Below are positions 18,290-28,044 of a stretch of DNA of 64,000 nt, one piece after another; position 1 is the first letter of the stretch, and every line of letters starts with the position of its first letter. Position numbers and translations under genes: made by a program. The DNA comes from a virus. Lineage: Duplodnaviria > Heunggongvirae > Uroviricota > Caudoviricetes. Location: IMG/VR virus record IMGVR_UViG_3300008108_000006; one strand, 5' to 3'. The notes below the pieces were generated by a model, which was not told where the DNA came from, did no database searches, and worked only from the letters and a program-made list of their open reading frames with translations.

Positions 18290-19342
18290 ATGAACACAAC
18301 TCTACAATCTTATTTGGACAATGGGTTACTTTATAATCAAGTACATCCAACTTTAGACCTTACCATATGGAATTATACCGAGAAGGTGCAGTATGACGGA
18401 CTTTTTGATGACGTAACTCTACAAACTCGAGGTTTGGTTACCAACTCTAATGGTGATGTGGTTGCGAGACCATTCCGTAAGTTCTTCAACATTGAGGAAG
18501 GAAGACATACCGCAACCCCTGACTTTGAAGTTTATGAAAAAATGGATGGTAGTTTAATCATCGCATTCATTTATCAAAGTGAGTGGGTGTTATGTACTCG
18601 TGGTTCATTCACCTCTGATCAAGCAATTGCTGCAACCAAATACTTCTTTGAAAATAATTTGGATAAGGTATTTGAGGGTGGAAGAAACACTTACTTGTTT
18701 GAATATATCGCACCTTGGAACAGGATCGTTGTTGATTACGGTGAAGAACGTTTGGTTTTACTTGGAATTGTTGATACCGAAACCGGTGATGAGTTTTCTT
18801 TGGATACCTTACGTTCCGATGAATTCCAAGAATATGTTGGTCCGTTGGATGTTGTTAAGAAGTATGATGGTATCACCGATTATTCTTTATTGAAGGGAAT
18901 GGTTAAGGATGATGCTGAGGGTTTTGTGGTTAAGTTCTCCAATGGTGACCGAATGAAGGTTAAAGGTGTTGAGTATATCAGGTTACATAAGGTTATGACC
19001 GGATTATCCACCACTTCAGTATGGGAATGTTTATCCAAAGGTGATGACATAATGACCATCCTTAAAGATGTTCCTGATGAGTTCTACAAGAAAGTTGACG
19101 TATATGTAAATCAATTAAAGAATGATTATAATGACATTTATGATACTTGTTTAAGTCATTACGTTACTTTCAGATATGGTAAAAATGGTGAAAAAACATC
19201 CGAACCCACAAGAAGGGAATATGTTGATTATGTGTTGCAAAGACCAAGACCACTTCAAGGGGTTCTATTCAATATGTGGGATGGAAAAGCCTATGACCAT
19301 ATCATATGGAAGATGATCAAACCAACTTTTATGAAATTATGA
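18290..19342 (+). CDS. ATP-dependent RNA ligase (T4 Rnl1-like)
   Basis: YEKMDGSLIIAF carries nucleotidyltransferase motif I K-x-D-G-S-L, as in T4 RnlA (KEDGSL). A TAccTTTG box lies at 18277-18284. Confidence 0.55.
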   Translation: MNTTLQSYLDNGLLYNQVHPTLDLTIWNYTEKVQYDGLFDDVTLQTRGLVTNSNGDVVARPFRKFFNIEEGRHTATPDFEVYEKMDGSLIIAFIYQSEWVLCTRGSFTSDQAIAATKYFFENNLDKVFEGGRNTYLFEYIAPWNRIVVDYGEERLVLLGIVDTETGDEFSLDTLRSDEFQEYVGPLDVVKKYDGITDYSLLKGMVKDDAEGFVVKFSNGDRMKVKGVEYIRLHKVMTGLSTTSVWECLSKGDDIMTILKDVPDEFYKKVDVYVNQLKNDYNDIYDTCLSHYVTFRYGKNGEKTSEPTRREYVDYVLQRPRPLQGVLFNMWDGKAYDHIIWKMIKPTFMKL

Positions 19343-19374
19343 TAAACTCCCCATATTTATAAATAAAAGTAAGT

Positions 19375-20442
19375 ATGGGGAAGTTTGTTATATCGGAATC
19401 TGAACGTAGGGAGATTCTTGCATTACATGAGAGTTATAAGAAAAGTTTATTGCAGGAACAAGAGTCGGATATTCCAACATCATTACCTCAAAACGATATT
19501 GAATTAACAAAATTTGCAGAACCTATTAAAGAACAACTTTTGAAAGATGTTCAATCGGATGCGGCAAAAAAGAAAATTATGGGTTATGAGGTTGCAGAAT
19601 ATCCTCGTAAAGTAACACCTGAGAATGATATTAACTTATATAACAAATTTTTGAATGAGATTTTTATTCCGAAACTAAAAACGGTTAAGTTCTTATATTC
19701 GGATAGTTTGGCACCGACAACATCGGGTGAATGGTCAATTAAGGATTTTTCAATATCAATCAATCGTAAATCTATCATCAAATCTGCACTTAAACAAAAC
19801 ATAACACCTGAATCTGAATTGACCAGAGTTATAACACACGAATTAAGGCACTTTTTATACGATACTTTAAGTGAGGTGTATTATATTCCAACCGATTACA
19901 CGAATTTTATGTGGGATATGAATAAACCAAAACCGACAGTTGTTTCAAATAACAAATATTCAGGATTTACACAATACACCGACCCATACACTTATGATAC
20001 TTCCGAGATTTTAGCAAGAATGGCGGAATTTAGAAAGATCTTAGGTATTAAGTCAGACGAAACTTATACTCCTGAACAAATGAAGGGTATTATGATGAAT
20101 AAATTCAAAAACATTTATTCAAAATATCCACAACTAACGCCTGAAGAGTTTAACAAAATCAAAAATTTACCAAAAACTAAAAGACAAAATCCGATCTCAA
20201 AAACAAGTAAAGAATTCGCCATTGAGGACGAAAGGGGTGTAAATATCGGGTTTTGGTATAAGGGTGACTTCAAACAATTTTTAGAGGACTTCAAGGTCTA
20301 TGCAAACGATGTTACTTGGATGATGAACCTTATCACCACATTAAAGTTGGAAGGGTATTTTTACGTGGATTATTCAATCGCGTCTCACGTCCAAGATTAT
20401 TTTGTATCGGTAGAAAAAGGAGATAATAAAAATATTGGTTAA
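19375..20442 (+). CDS. Hypothetical protein with the family N-terminus MGKFVISESERREILALHE and an HExxH motif (VITHELRHFLYD). Possible zinc metallopeptidase-like fold.
   Basis: ORF track plus motif reading. Confidence 0.5.
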   Translation: MGKFVISESERREILALHESYKKSLLQEQESDIPTSLPQNDIELTKFAEPIKEQLLKDVQSDAAKKKIMGYEVAEYPRKVTPENDINLYNKFLNEIFIPKLKTVKFLYSDSLAPTTSGEWSIKDFSISINRKSIIKSALKQNITPESELTRVITHELRHFLYDTLSEVYYIPTDYTNFMWDMNKPKPTVVSNNKYSGFTQYTDPYTYDTSEILARMAEFRKILGIKSDETYTPEQMKGIMMNKFKNIYSKYPQLTPEEFNKIKNLPKTKRQNPISKTSKEFAIEDERGVNIGFWYKGDFKQFLEDFKVYANDVTWMMNLITTLKLEGYFYVDYSIASHVQDYFVSVEKGDNKNIG

Positions 20443-20975
20443 ATAAGACCTTGTTTCATTAACTGACGGATTTGTTCCTGAGTAAATTTAAGAGTTCTTT
20501 CTTTCTTAACCACGGATTCTTTGATCTTTGGTTTCTCAACAACTTTTTCTTCAATCACAGGTTCTTCTTTGGTAACCACAGGTTTTGGGGATTCTTTAAC
20601 CACCTTCTTTTCTTCAGGTTGTTGGAATACTTCAACTCTAACCTTTGGTTTTTCATCCTCTTGTTGTTCTTGAACTACAACTGCAACTTTCTTTTCGGTT
20701 GCAACAACGAAGTCTGATGACCAAGGTTCAAAATAAACATCATCGGCAATGACTTCCAATCTCATGTTACCTACAGTTCCTTCGGGAAGAAAATGTTTAG
20801 TCTTTGGAATATTAACATCACAAACACCCGTTTCATGAATATAACCTGTGAACATATAATTCAATTCATCCGTTTCAAGGATCATTCTTAATTTAGAATT
20901 TGCGAATGAGGTTCCCTCAACTTGTATGTTACAACTAAATTTGTTTGCTTTATCTGAAAATAATTTATAAGCCAT
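20439..20975 (-). CDS. Hypothetical protein with a Lys/Glu/Pro-rich low-complexity C-terminal half
   Basis: ORF track. The tail reads ...EEKKVVKESPKPVVTKEEPVIEEKVVEKPKIKE. Confidence 0.5.
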   Translation of the reverse strand: MAYKLFSDKANKFSCNIQVEGTSFANSKLRMILETDELNYMFTGYIHETGVCDVNIPKTKHFLPEGTVGNMRLEVIADDVYFEPWSSDFVVATEKKVAVVVQEQQEDEKPKVRVEVFQQPEEKKVVKESPKPVVTKEEPVIEEKVVEKPKIKESVVKKERTLKFTQEQIRQLMKQGLI

Positions 20976-20986
20976 GATATCTCTTT

Positions 20987-22255
20987 TTATATAATTATCT
21001 TCACATTTACCTTTTTACTCTCTTTGATTGTAACATCCACATCAGAAATTTTAATTTTTACTTTTGTGTTCTTTTGTTTGTTCTCTCTTTTTTCAAAAGT
21101 AATCTCATCAACTTCCAATCTTGTGAATAATCCAATGATGATTTTTTTCTCTTCTTCGGGTAATTTTCTCAATCTATCTCGGACCATCGCCATTGATCCA
21201 CCACCACTAATCGCAGGGGTAACAATTGGAATGATAATACAAAATTCCGCCCATGTTAATTCACTTGTGTCCCAAATTTGTTCCGCGTTTGCCCAAGTAT
21301 AACAAAATTGTTCACCCGGTGTTCTTGTCGGTGTTGGTGTTGGTGTGGGAGTCGTTACAGGACCACCACTTGATGTTGGTGTAACTGTCGGTGTTGGTGT
21401 TGGAGTTTTAGTAACAGATGATGTCGGTGTGGTTGTATTAGTAGGTGTTTGTGTAACGGTAGGTGTTGGTGTTTCTGTTGGGGTCGGAGTGGGGGTTGGT
21501 GTAACGGCACAGGTATTTATTGCGGTTACCACACCACCACCATCCAAATCATAATAGATATTTGGATCATAACCATCAGTTAAAGTCATTTCACTTGTTA
21601 CATCACAACCATTAAGTTGTGGTACCACCCATAGTGTCGTTCCAACTTGTATTGGGTTGATATCCGGAAAATAATTAACATAATATGTTTGGGATGTGTC
21701 ACAAGGGCTTACCAAACTACCTAATTCAAATAGGTATGGGTCAGTTACAATACACTCACCGTCTTCAGTTATATCAACCACAGAACCACCAACAGTTGTG
21801 ATAGTATAACTTATAGTGAAGGAATAAGAAGGTATCCACACTTTTTGGTCTGTAACATCGGTGGATAGTATTGTTAAACATTTGTCATCATAAATGTTTA
21901 GACCAAGATCAAATATTTGCGAAGCATCATAATAATAAGGACCTTTACCGGTATGACAACAACTATCGCCAGCATATATTATTCCAAAAACAGGAACACC
22001 AAAGTCGGATGGGACACCTAATTGGATTATCTCACCGGTACCATCAGTTTCAAAAACCTTATTAAAATTATAATCGGTTGGTTCTGTAATATAAAACCAA
22101 GTATTTTTGAAAGTATCACTTCCTGTAATATCAGTATAAATAACACTACCTACACTTAATACGTTTGTATTTTGAACGTAAAACGTTATCGGTGGATTAT
22201 TACAAATACCACCAATGGAAGAACCATAATTAGAAGTTACCGGATAAAACGCCAT
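20987..22255 (-). CDS. Putative virion structural or fibre-associated protein with an internal ~60-aa Pro-Thr linker
   Basis: TPTPTPTPTETPTPTVTQTPTNTTTPTSSVTKTPTPTPTVTPT... It is divergent from the long fibre gene. Confidence 0.5.
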   Translation of the reverse strand: MAFYPVTSNYGSSIGGICNNPPITFYVQNTNVLSVGSVIYTDITGSDTFKNTWFYITEPTDYNFNKVFETDGTGEIIQLGVPSDFGVPVFGIIYAGDSCCHTGKGPYYYDASQIFDLGLNIYDDKCLTILSTDVTDQKVWIPSYSFTISYTITTVGGSVVDITEDGECIVTDPYLFELGSLVSPCDTSQTYYVNYFPDINPIQVGTTLWVVPQLNGCDVTSEMTLTDGYDPNIYYDLDGGGVVTAINTCAVTPTPTPTPTETPTPTVTQTPTNTTTPTSSVTKTPTPTPTVTPTSSGGPVTTPTPTPTPTRTPGEQFCYTWANAEQIWDTSELTWAEFCIIIPIVTPAISGGGSMAMVRDRLRKLPEEEKKIIIGLFTRLEVDEITFEKRENKQKNTKVKIKISDVDVTIKESKKVNVKIII

Positions 22256-22335
22256 TTATATTATTTACTATAAATACAATTATAACACAACTTACAAACT
22301 ATTTATAGATTAACACATTTTCTTAATGTTATAAT

Positions 22336-25300
22336 ATGGCAGATATAAAAGACCAATTAGTAAAAAATACATATAATTACGTTCTTCAATCCGATTTATC
22401 AACAGGTTATGTTTATAGAATAGGTGGGGATGTTCCTGTTAATCCAACATTTTCATCAGGATTAACCATTCTTGATAATTTTAAGTATAGTAACGGAACC
22501 GAACAAAATGGATATGTTTTATATTCAGACGGATCAGGAAATGCGTATTGGGGGGCACCACCATCAGGATCGGGAGGTACTGTTTCAGGTGATTATTTAC
22601 CATTGAGTGGTGGAACATTAACGGGAGGGTTAGTTGCTAATAGTGGTGTAACAGCAAATACAATATCACAAACATTATATATTGATTTTAATACAGGATC
22701 AACTAATCCATCATTGATTGGAGGTCGAGTATTTTTTGATAACGATTCTAAGGCACTATCATATTATAATATAATCGGTAGTAATGTCGCAATCGCGATG
22801 GGTCAACAATTATATACGAGAGTATGGAACGCAACGGGAACTCAAATAGATAAAGGTAAAATAATTTCAATCACGGGAACATCAAATGGATTACCAAGTG
22901 CCACACTATCAGTTAATACTCGGGGAATTACATCCGCACGACCTATCGGGTTGGCTGCAGAAAATATACCAAATGGTAGCGAAGGTTTGGTGATAAATAA
23001 TGGTATATTAAGTGGTATTACACTTAACACATTTTCAAACGGTGATGTTCTATATCTTTCAGATACCGTTCCTGGTGATTATGTAAATACAACATCATCA
23101 TTAGCGTTTACCGCGAGAACCAACGAAATAGGATATGTTCTTGAAACAGGTTCAACCACGGGTAAAATTTATGTGAATATAAATAATGAAGATAGTAATC
23201 TTTCATTGACCGATAAAGAAAGAAATATTCTTGAAGGTAATGTTATCTCAACCGGTGTATATGAATATACAGGTATGACACAAGGTACAGGACAAACCAT
23301 AAATGTCTCCTTGGCGAGGGGATGGATTGCTCTTAATACATATACCTTTGCAACATTACCTGAAGTGATAAATGTTATATATTCGGGTGGTACGAACATA
23401 CCTTTAATTTATCTGAATAGTGCGGATTCTACTTTTATCTTACTTAGTTCAGCTTCTACCTTAGTTCAACAAACAACTTTTCCAACACCACAACAAAGAA
23501 GGGAAAACATATTTTTAGGTAAGGTTGTTCATCCAAATAGAACAACAATCACAAGTATTAACCAAACGGTTGATTTTGACGTATCACCTATGTCAGCACT
23601 TCGTGATTTATGGGTTCCTCTAAAATTGATAAATCAAGGTGTGATTATCACATCGAATGGGGCGAATTTAAGTATAAATTCATCATCGGGTGTTCTATGG
23701 GGTAATGGTATTGGATGGGTAACAAATCAATTAAATCCTGATAGTGTTAATATCTCTTCACAATCACCGATTACGTTTCAATATAGAACAAGGAATGGAC
23801 CTATAACAGGTGGTACTGGACCATACACCGGTAACACAACCTTTATTGACCCTAACAACTACGATTTGAATGGTGTTGTAACGGCTGTTGGTGGTGGTTC
23901 AAATTCCGCAACCAATCAAAGAGTATATTTGTTTCCAACAGGTTTGATTAGGATTCAATATGGACAACAAGTTTACGCATCACTCGCCGCGGCGGTCGCT
24001 GCTTCTCAAACAGAACAATTTGTTGAGTATTCTCTCAACTCGGAAAATGGTATTTTAATTGGTATTATATCATTACAAAGAGGTATTACCGTTCTAAATG
24101 ACCCAACCACCGCTAAGTTTAATTCTGTATCAAAGTTCGGTGAAGTATTAGGAGGAACGGGTGGAATATCAACGACAACACTACAACAAGCTTATGATAA
24201 TTCCACAACACCTGAAATAGTTATTAACGCAGCTTTAGACGGATTAACAATAAAAAATGGTACAGGTAATCCTGATAACACAACAAACCTATTAGAAGGG
24301 ATTAACGCATCAGATGTAACCACGTCATTTATTAGAGCAAATGGTGACTTCTCAGGTTCGACATATTATGGTAATGGTAGTGGTTTAACACACGTATTCA
24401 ATCACGTTAGAATTAATAACACACCACAATTTTCAGCAAACACTAACACATTTATTAACTTTAGTGGTGTTAATGTTAATATAGTTTCAGGAACAAACAA
24501 TACCTTAATATTTTCCGCAGGTACGGGAGGTGGTAACCCATCAGGTGTTGATGTGTTTGTTACAGGTGGAACATATAATGGTGGTCAATTATTATTCACA
24601 AATAATACAGGTGGAACATTCACCGTTACTGGTGTAACCGCATCGGGACTATCTGCCAATTATTATGGTTCCTTTTCCGACACAACAAACCAACCTGTAA
24701 GTGGTGCTAACACCGCAACGGTTTGGAGATTAAATACAACCGAACTTTCAAACGGAATTAGTATTAGTGGAGGTTCAAGAATACAAGTGGCGAATAAAGG
24801 AATTTATGAGATTGGATATTCCGCTCAAATTGAGAAAACTCAGGGCACATCAGCGAATGTTACGATATGGGCGAAAGTAAATGGTAATGATGTTGATAGG
24901 AGTTCATCTACATTGGGTTTAGTTTCTAATAGTGTGTATCAATTACCATTCGTTTCATATATTTTAGATTTGAACGCTAATGATTATGTTGAATTTTACT
25001 TCTCTTCGGATAACCAAGATGTTCAATTAACAACACTTTCGGGACTTGTCACACCAACAAGACCTGTATCACCGTCGTTAATAGTTGTAGCCAAACAAGT
25101 TGGTCTATCTGCAGGAAATTCTTTCACAGGTGGGACTGTGACAGGTGCAACTAATTTTACAGGAGGTGTTACAGCTAATACCATCTCAGCAACAACCATC
25201 ACTGCCGATGACACACCTAAAGTCATTTATAGATTACCAAATGCTGTGAATGTTGGAAATACTACGGCAACTACGGTTACTACAATCACAACATTTAATA

Positions 25301-25650
25301 TTACAGGACTTCAGGTTGGTATGACGATTGTTGCCGATGGATTATTTTCATCAACATCAAACGCCAACCAAAAAACATATCAATTATCATTATCAGGTGC
25401 AGCATCAAATCCAACGGTTACAACTACCACAGGAGGACATAGAGCACAATTATTGATGAGGATTCAAGGGTCTAATACCATAAGAATGTCATTAGCCAAT
25501 GCGTTTGGTGCAACAGCTGTCAATCCGGTATTTGTGGATGTGACAGGAAGTGCGGGTGTATTCACGTTTGTTGCAAGATGTACAGTAAATGGAACAGGAG
25601 GTGGTGTTCCTGTAAATACATTAGAAAGTTTAACATTAACAAGATTTTAA
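22336..25650 (+). CDS. Long tail-fibre or tail-spike-like structural protein (1104 aa, Gly/Thr/Ser/Asn-rich)
   Basis: Composition and length. It carries FTGGTVTGATNFTGGVTANTISATTI, a motif also found in the downstream 352-aa protein. Confidence 0.55.
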   Translation: MADIKDQLVKNTYNYVLQSDLSTGYVYRIGGDVPVNPTFSSGLTILDNFKYSNGTEQNGYVLYSDGSGNAYWGAPPSGSGGTVSGDYLPLSGGTLTGGLVANSGVTANTISQTLYIDFNTGSTNPSLIGGRVFFDNDSKALSYYNIIGSNVAIAMGQQLYTRVWNATGTQIDKGKIISITGTSNGLPSATLSVNTRGITSARPIGLAAENIPNGSEGLVINNGILSGITLNTFSNGDVLYLSDTVPGDYVNTTSSLAFTARTNEIGYVLETGSTTGKIYVNINNEDSNLSLTDKERNILEGNVISTGVYEYTGMTQGTGQTINVSLARGWIALNTYTFATLPEVINVIYSGGTNIPLIYLNSADSTFILLSSASTLVQQTTFPTPQQRRENIFLGKVVHPNRTTITSINQTVDFDVSPMSALRDLWVPLKLINQGVIITSNGANLSINSSSGVLWGNGIGWVTNQLNPDSVNISSQSPITFQYRTRNGPITGGTGPYTGNTTFIDPNNYDLNGVVTAVGGGSNSATNQRVYLFPTGLIRIQYGQQVYASLAAAVAASQTEQFVEYSLNSENGILIGIISLQRGITVLNDPTTAKFNSVSKFGEVLGGTGGISTTTLQQAYDNSTTPEIVINAALDGLTIKNGTGNPDNTTNLLEGINASDVTTSFIRANGDFSGSTYYGNGSGLTHVFNHVRINNTPQFSANTNTFINFSGVNVNIVSGTNNTLIFSAGTGGGNPSGVDVFVTGGTYNGGQLLFTNNTGGTFTVTGVTASGLSANYYGSFSDTTNQPVSGANTATVWRLNTTELSNGISISGGSRIQVANKGIYEIGYSAQIEKTQGTSANVTIWAKVNGNDVDRSSSTLGLVSNSVYQLPFVSYILDLNANDYVEFYFSSDNQDVQLTTLSGLVTPTRPVSPSLIVVAKQVGLSAGNSFTGGTVTGATNFTGGVTANTISATTITADDTPKVIYRLPNAVNVGNTTATTVTTITTFNITGLQVGMTIVADGLFSSTSNANQKTYQLSLSGAASNPTVTTTTGGHRAQLLMRIQGSNTIRMSLANAFGATAVNPVFVDVTGSAGVFTFVARCTVNGTGGGVPVNTLESLTLTRF

Positions 25651-25654
25651 TATT

Positions 25655-25795
25655 ATGAAATATTTCGTATTTAATGAATTTGAAAATATCTATACAGATG
25701 ATTTTCAAGAAGCTAAAGATTGGTATAATTCACATATCGGATCCAGAATCTTTGAAAAGGGATTGTATGATAATTATTGGGAGATATTTATTTAA
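25655..25795 (+). CDS. Small protein (46 aa) following the fibre gene. Paralog of 26861..27004 (shared ...NYWEIFI C-terminus). Possible fibre chaperone.
   Basis: Manual translation: MKYFVFNEFENIYTDDFQEAKDWYNSHIGSRIFEKGLYDNYWEIFI. Below the ORF-track length cutoff. Confidence 0.45.
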   Translation: MKYFVFNEFENIYTDDFQEAKDWYNSHIGSRIFEKGLYDNYWEIFI

Positions 25796-25798
25796 ACT

Positions 25799-26857
25799 AT
25801 GTCATTTAACGCACCGTTTCCACCATATCCATCAATTGGAGAATTAGTTACCTATCAAGGTAACTCCTACCGTTGGGATGGTGAGTATTGGTGGCCGTAT
25901 GGGACTTCTTCAGGTTATGTTTTAACGGGGAATAGTTTAGGAAGTGGGATTTCACTTTTCAGAGATGCGACGGGAAACACAATTAACTTCAAATCTTTTA
26001 GTGGTAACGGTATTAATATTACGGACACGGGATCTGTTATTGTTTTTTCCGGAAGTGGAGGGTCCGGACCAGCACCTTCTTCAAGTATATTCATAGAGTT
26101 TATTGGTAATGGGATTAGTATCGATCCTCAAAATAAATTGGATACGTCATTTACGTTTAATTTAGATGTGACCGGTGGAACAATAACAGGATCCACGAAC
26201 TTTACTAACGGATTAACAGCAAATACATTTTCAGCCACAACTTATCGGAATTTACCTGTTAGTGGACTAACTGAAGGTTCTAACATTGGTCTAACAAATA
26301 ATAACGGAAATTACACAATCTCATTTACCGGAACAACAGGATCAAACTTTACGGGTGGAACTGTAACAGGTGCAACCAACTTTACAGGTGGTTTATCTGC
26401 TAATACATTTTCTGCAACAACAATATTTGCCGACAATATTCAAGAAACATTATATAGACTACCATCAAGTGTTGCACTACCTGCTAGTACAACAACTACA
26501 GCAGCAACGATTAGTATCCCAAGAACTACAGTTTTTTCCGCTCAAACCCTTAAGGTTGAAGGAATATTTGTTGGTCAGCAACCAACTGCGGCAAATAAAA
26601 CAATTCAATGTTTTTGGAATAATGGAGCAAACCCTCAAGCTACCACAATTGCCACCACATCTAATACAGGTTCTTTCGGATTTTTGGCGAGAATAACTCA
26701 AGGTGGTGTATTTTTTAGTAGAAACGCTATTTATGCAGCATCAAACCAAGGTAGTAACTCATATTCAGATGTTGGAGGGAATATACTTATAAACGTCGTA
26801 ATAAATCCGAGCACCTCGGCTGCGACCTTAGAACATTTAGTTGTAACACTTTATTAA
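25799..26857 (+). CDS. Second tail-fibre-like protein (352 aa)
   Basis: Contains NFTGGTVTGATNFTGGLSANTFSATTIFADN and TNFTNGLTANTFSATTY repeats homologous to the 1104-aa protein. Confidence 0.55.
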   Translation: MSFNAPFPPYPSIGELVTYQGNSYRWDGEYWWPYGTSSGYVLTGNSLGSGISLFRDATGNTINFKSFSGNGINITDTGSVIVFSGSGGSGPAPSSSIFIEFIGNGISIDPQNKLDTSFTFNLDVTGGTITGSTNFTNGLTANTFSATTYRNLPVSGLTEGSNIGLTNNNGNYTISFTGTTGSNFTGGTVTGATNFTGGLSANTFSATTIFADNIQETLYRLPSSVALPASTTTTAATISIPRTTVFSAQTLKVEGIFVGQQPTAANKTIQCFWNNGANPQATTIATTSNTGSFGFLARITQGGVFFSRNAIYAASNQGSNSYSDVGGNILINVVINPSTSAATLEHLVVTLY

Positions 26858-26860
26858 GAT

Positions 26861-27004
26861 ATGAAATATAGAGTAATGTTTTTTAACGAAGATGGTTCAT
26901 TTTACTTTGTTGAGATGGACACATTAGATGGTATTGATTTATCAGATAAAAGAGTTTTTGAATTAGGACAAGATAATAATTATTGGGAAATATTTATTAC
27001 TTAA
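26861..27004 (+). CDS. Small protein (47 aa). Paralog of 25655..25795.
   Basis: MKYRVMFFNEDGSFYFVEMDTLDGIDLSDKRVFELGQDNNYWEIFIT. It has the same position relative to a fibre gene. Confidence 0.45.
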   Translation: MKYRVMFFNEDGSFYFVEMDTLDGIDLSDKRVFELGQDNNYWEIFIT

Positions 27005-27095
27005 TTTTTTTCTAACTATTGACACTTTTCTTATTTTTTCACATATTTAATAACAATGAGCAAAAATCTACAACATATATAACCTTAATTGGTGG

Positions 27096-27124
27096 TCCTG
27101 ACCAAATGGTCGGGATTTTTTTTG
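27096..27124 (+). terminator. Intrinsic terminator (hairpin tcctgacc/ggtcggga followed by T8)
   Basis: Read directly from the sequence, downstream of the fibre module. Confidence 0.5.
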
Positions 27125-27160
27125 CAAAAAGATTAAATAAAACTTAAATATATTAAAATT

Positions 27161-27994
27161 ATGATGAACACACAAACGTATCACAAACTTGTGAAAAAAA
27201 TGAGACAGTTTTTCTTGGAGAGAAACTATAAAGAGGTACCAACTCAGTCAAGGTTGTCAATTCTTGCTGCGTGTGAAAACCCCCATTCTGTGAAAACATT
27301 TGAATATGGTGGTTTAATTTGGCCGTTACCACAAACAGGTCAAATGTGGTTGGAGTACGAACTTCTTAATAACCCTGAATGGGATGGTGTATTTTGTATC
27401 TCAACTTCTTACAGAGAAGAAAAGAACCCAATTCCTGGTCGTCACGAACTAATCTTCCCGATGTTTGAATTTGAGAGTAAAGGTGATATGACAACATTGA
27501 TCCAATTGGAAAAAGACTTGTTGGAATATTTGGGATTTGATACTCCTGTTGAAAAGAACTATGATGAACTTTGTGAAGAATATGGTGGTGTTGAGATCTT
27601 AGAAAATGAACACGAACAAAGAATGTGGAATGAACTTGGTAGTTCTGTATCATTACAACATTTTCCGTTAAGAACTCATCCGTTTTGGAATATGAAACAC
27701 AATGATATCGGGATCTTTAATAAAGTTGATGTAATCTTATTTGGTCAAGAGACGATCGGATCTGCTGAGAGAAGTTGTGATGTTGAGAAAATGAGAGAAA
27801 TGTTCTATACCATCGAAAATGGTGGTTATGCAAATAAGTTGTTTGAACTTTTTGGACAAGAAAGAGTTGAGAAGGAATTGAATGACTTTTTATCATTTAA
27901 CTTCTTCCCGAGATTTGGTGGGGGAATTGGAATGACAAGATTGGCTCGAGCATATGAGTTGATGTTGGAACAAAAATTCGCTGAATTGTATTAA
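27161..27994 (+). CDS. Class-II aminoacyl-tRNA-synthetase-like catalytic-core protein, most similar in motifs to aspartate-ammonia ligase AsnA
   Basis: Motif-2-like YREEKNPIPGRHELIFPMFEFE and motif-3-like FGGGIGMTRLARAY (compare E. coli AsnA GGGIGQSRL). At 277 aa there is no anticodon-binding domain. Confidence 0.45.
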   Translation: MMNTQTYHKLVKKMRQFFLERNYKEVPTQSRLSILAACENPHSVKTFEYGGLIWPLPQTGQMWLEYELLNNPEWDGVFCISTSYREEKNPIPGRHELIFPMFEFESKGDMTTLIQLEKDLLEYLGFDTPVEKNYDELCEEYGGVEILENEHEQRMWNELGSSVSLQHFPLRTHPFWNMKHNDIGIFNKVDVILFGQETIGSAERSCDVEKMREMFYTIENGGYANKLFELFGQERVEKELNDFLSFNFFPRFGGGIGMTRLARAYELMLEQKFAELY

Positions 27995-28004
27995 TTTTTT
28001 AAGT

Positions 28005-28031
28005 GGGGGTTGTAACCCCCATTTTTATTTT
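28005..28031 (+). terminator. Intrinsic terminator (gggggtt/aaccccc hairpin plus T-tract)
   Basis: Read directly. The ORF-track start at 28003 simply translates this hairpin. Confidence 0.5.
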
Positions 28032-28044
28032 ATATCTTTGTGTT

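Noticed and set aside
21345-21554. Track ORF encoding a (GV)n polypeptide (MGVVTGPPLDVGVTVGVGVGV...)
   Set aside because: It is the antisense reading of the Pro-Thr linker (ACN/CCN repeats) of gene 20987..22255.
22336-26857. Diversity-generating retroelement (TR/VR pair) in the two fibre genes that share the FTGGTVTGATNFTGG module
   Set aside because: The shared DNA segments are only about 75% identical with non-adenine-specific differences. No reverse transcriptase gene is present anywhere in the window.
28003-28044. N-terminal extensions of track ORFs that begin inside terminator hairpins or at non-ATG codons (28003, 39766, 40390, 46881, 29603, 58403)
   Set aside because: The extensions simply translate the G/C-rich hairpin arms, or they start at GTG/TTG. 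Downstream ATGs just after a TAnnTTTG box or after the hairpin give cleaner gene models.
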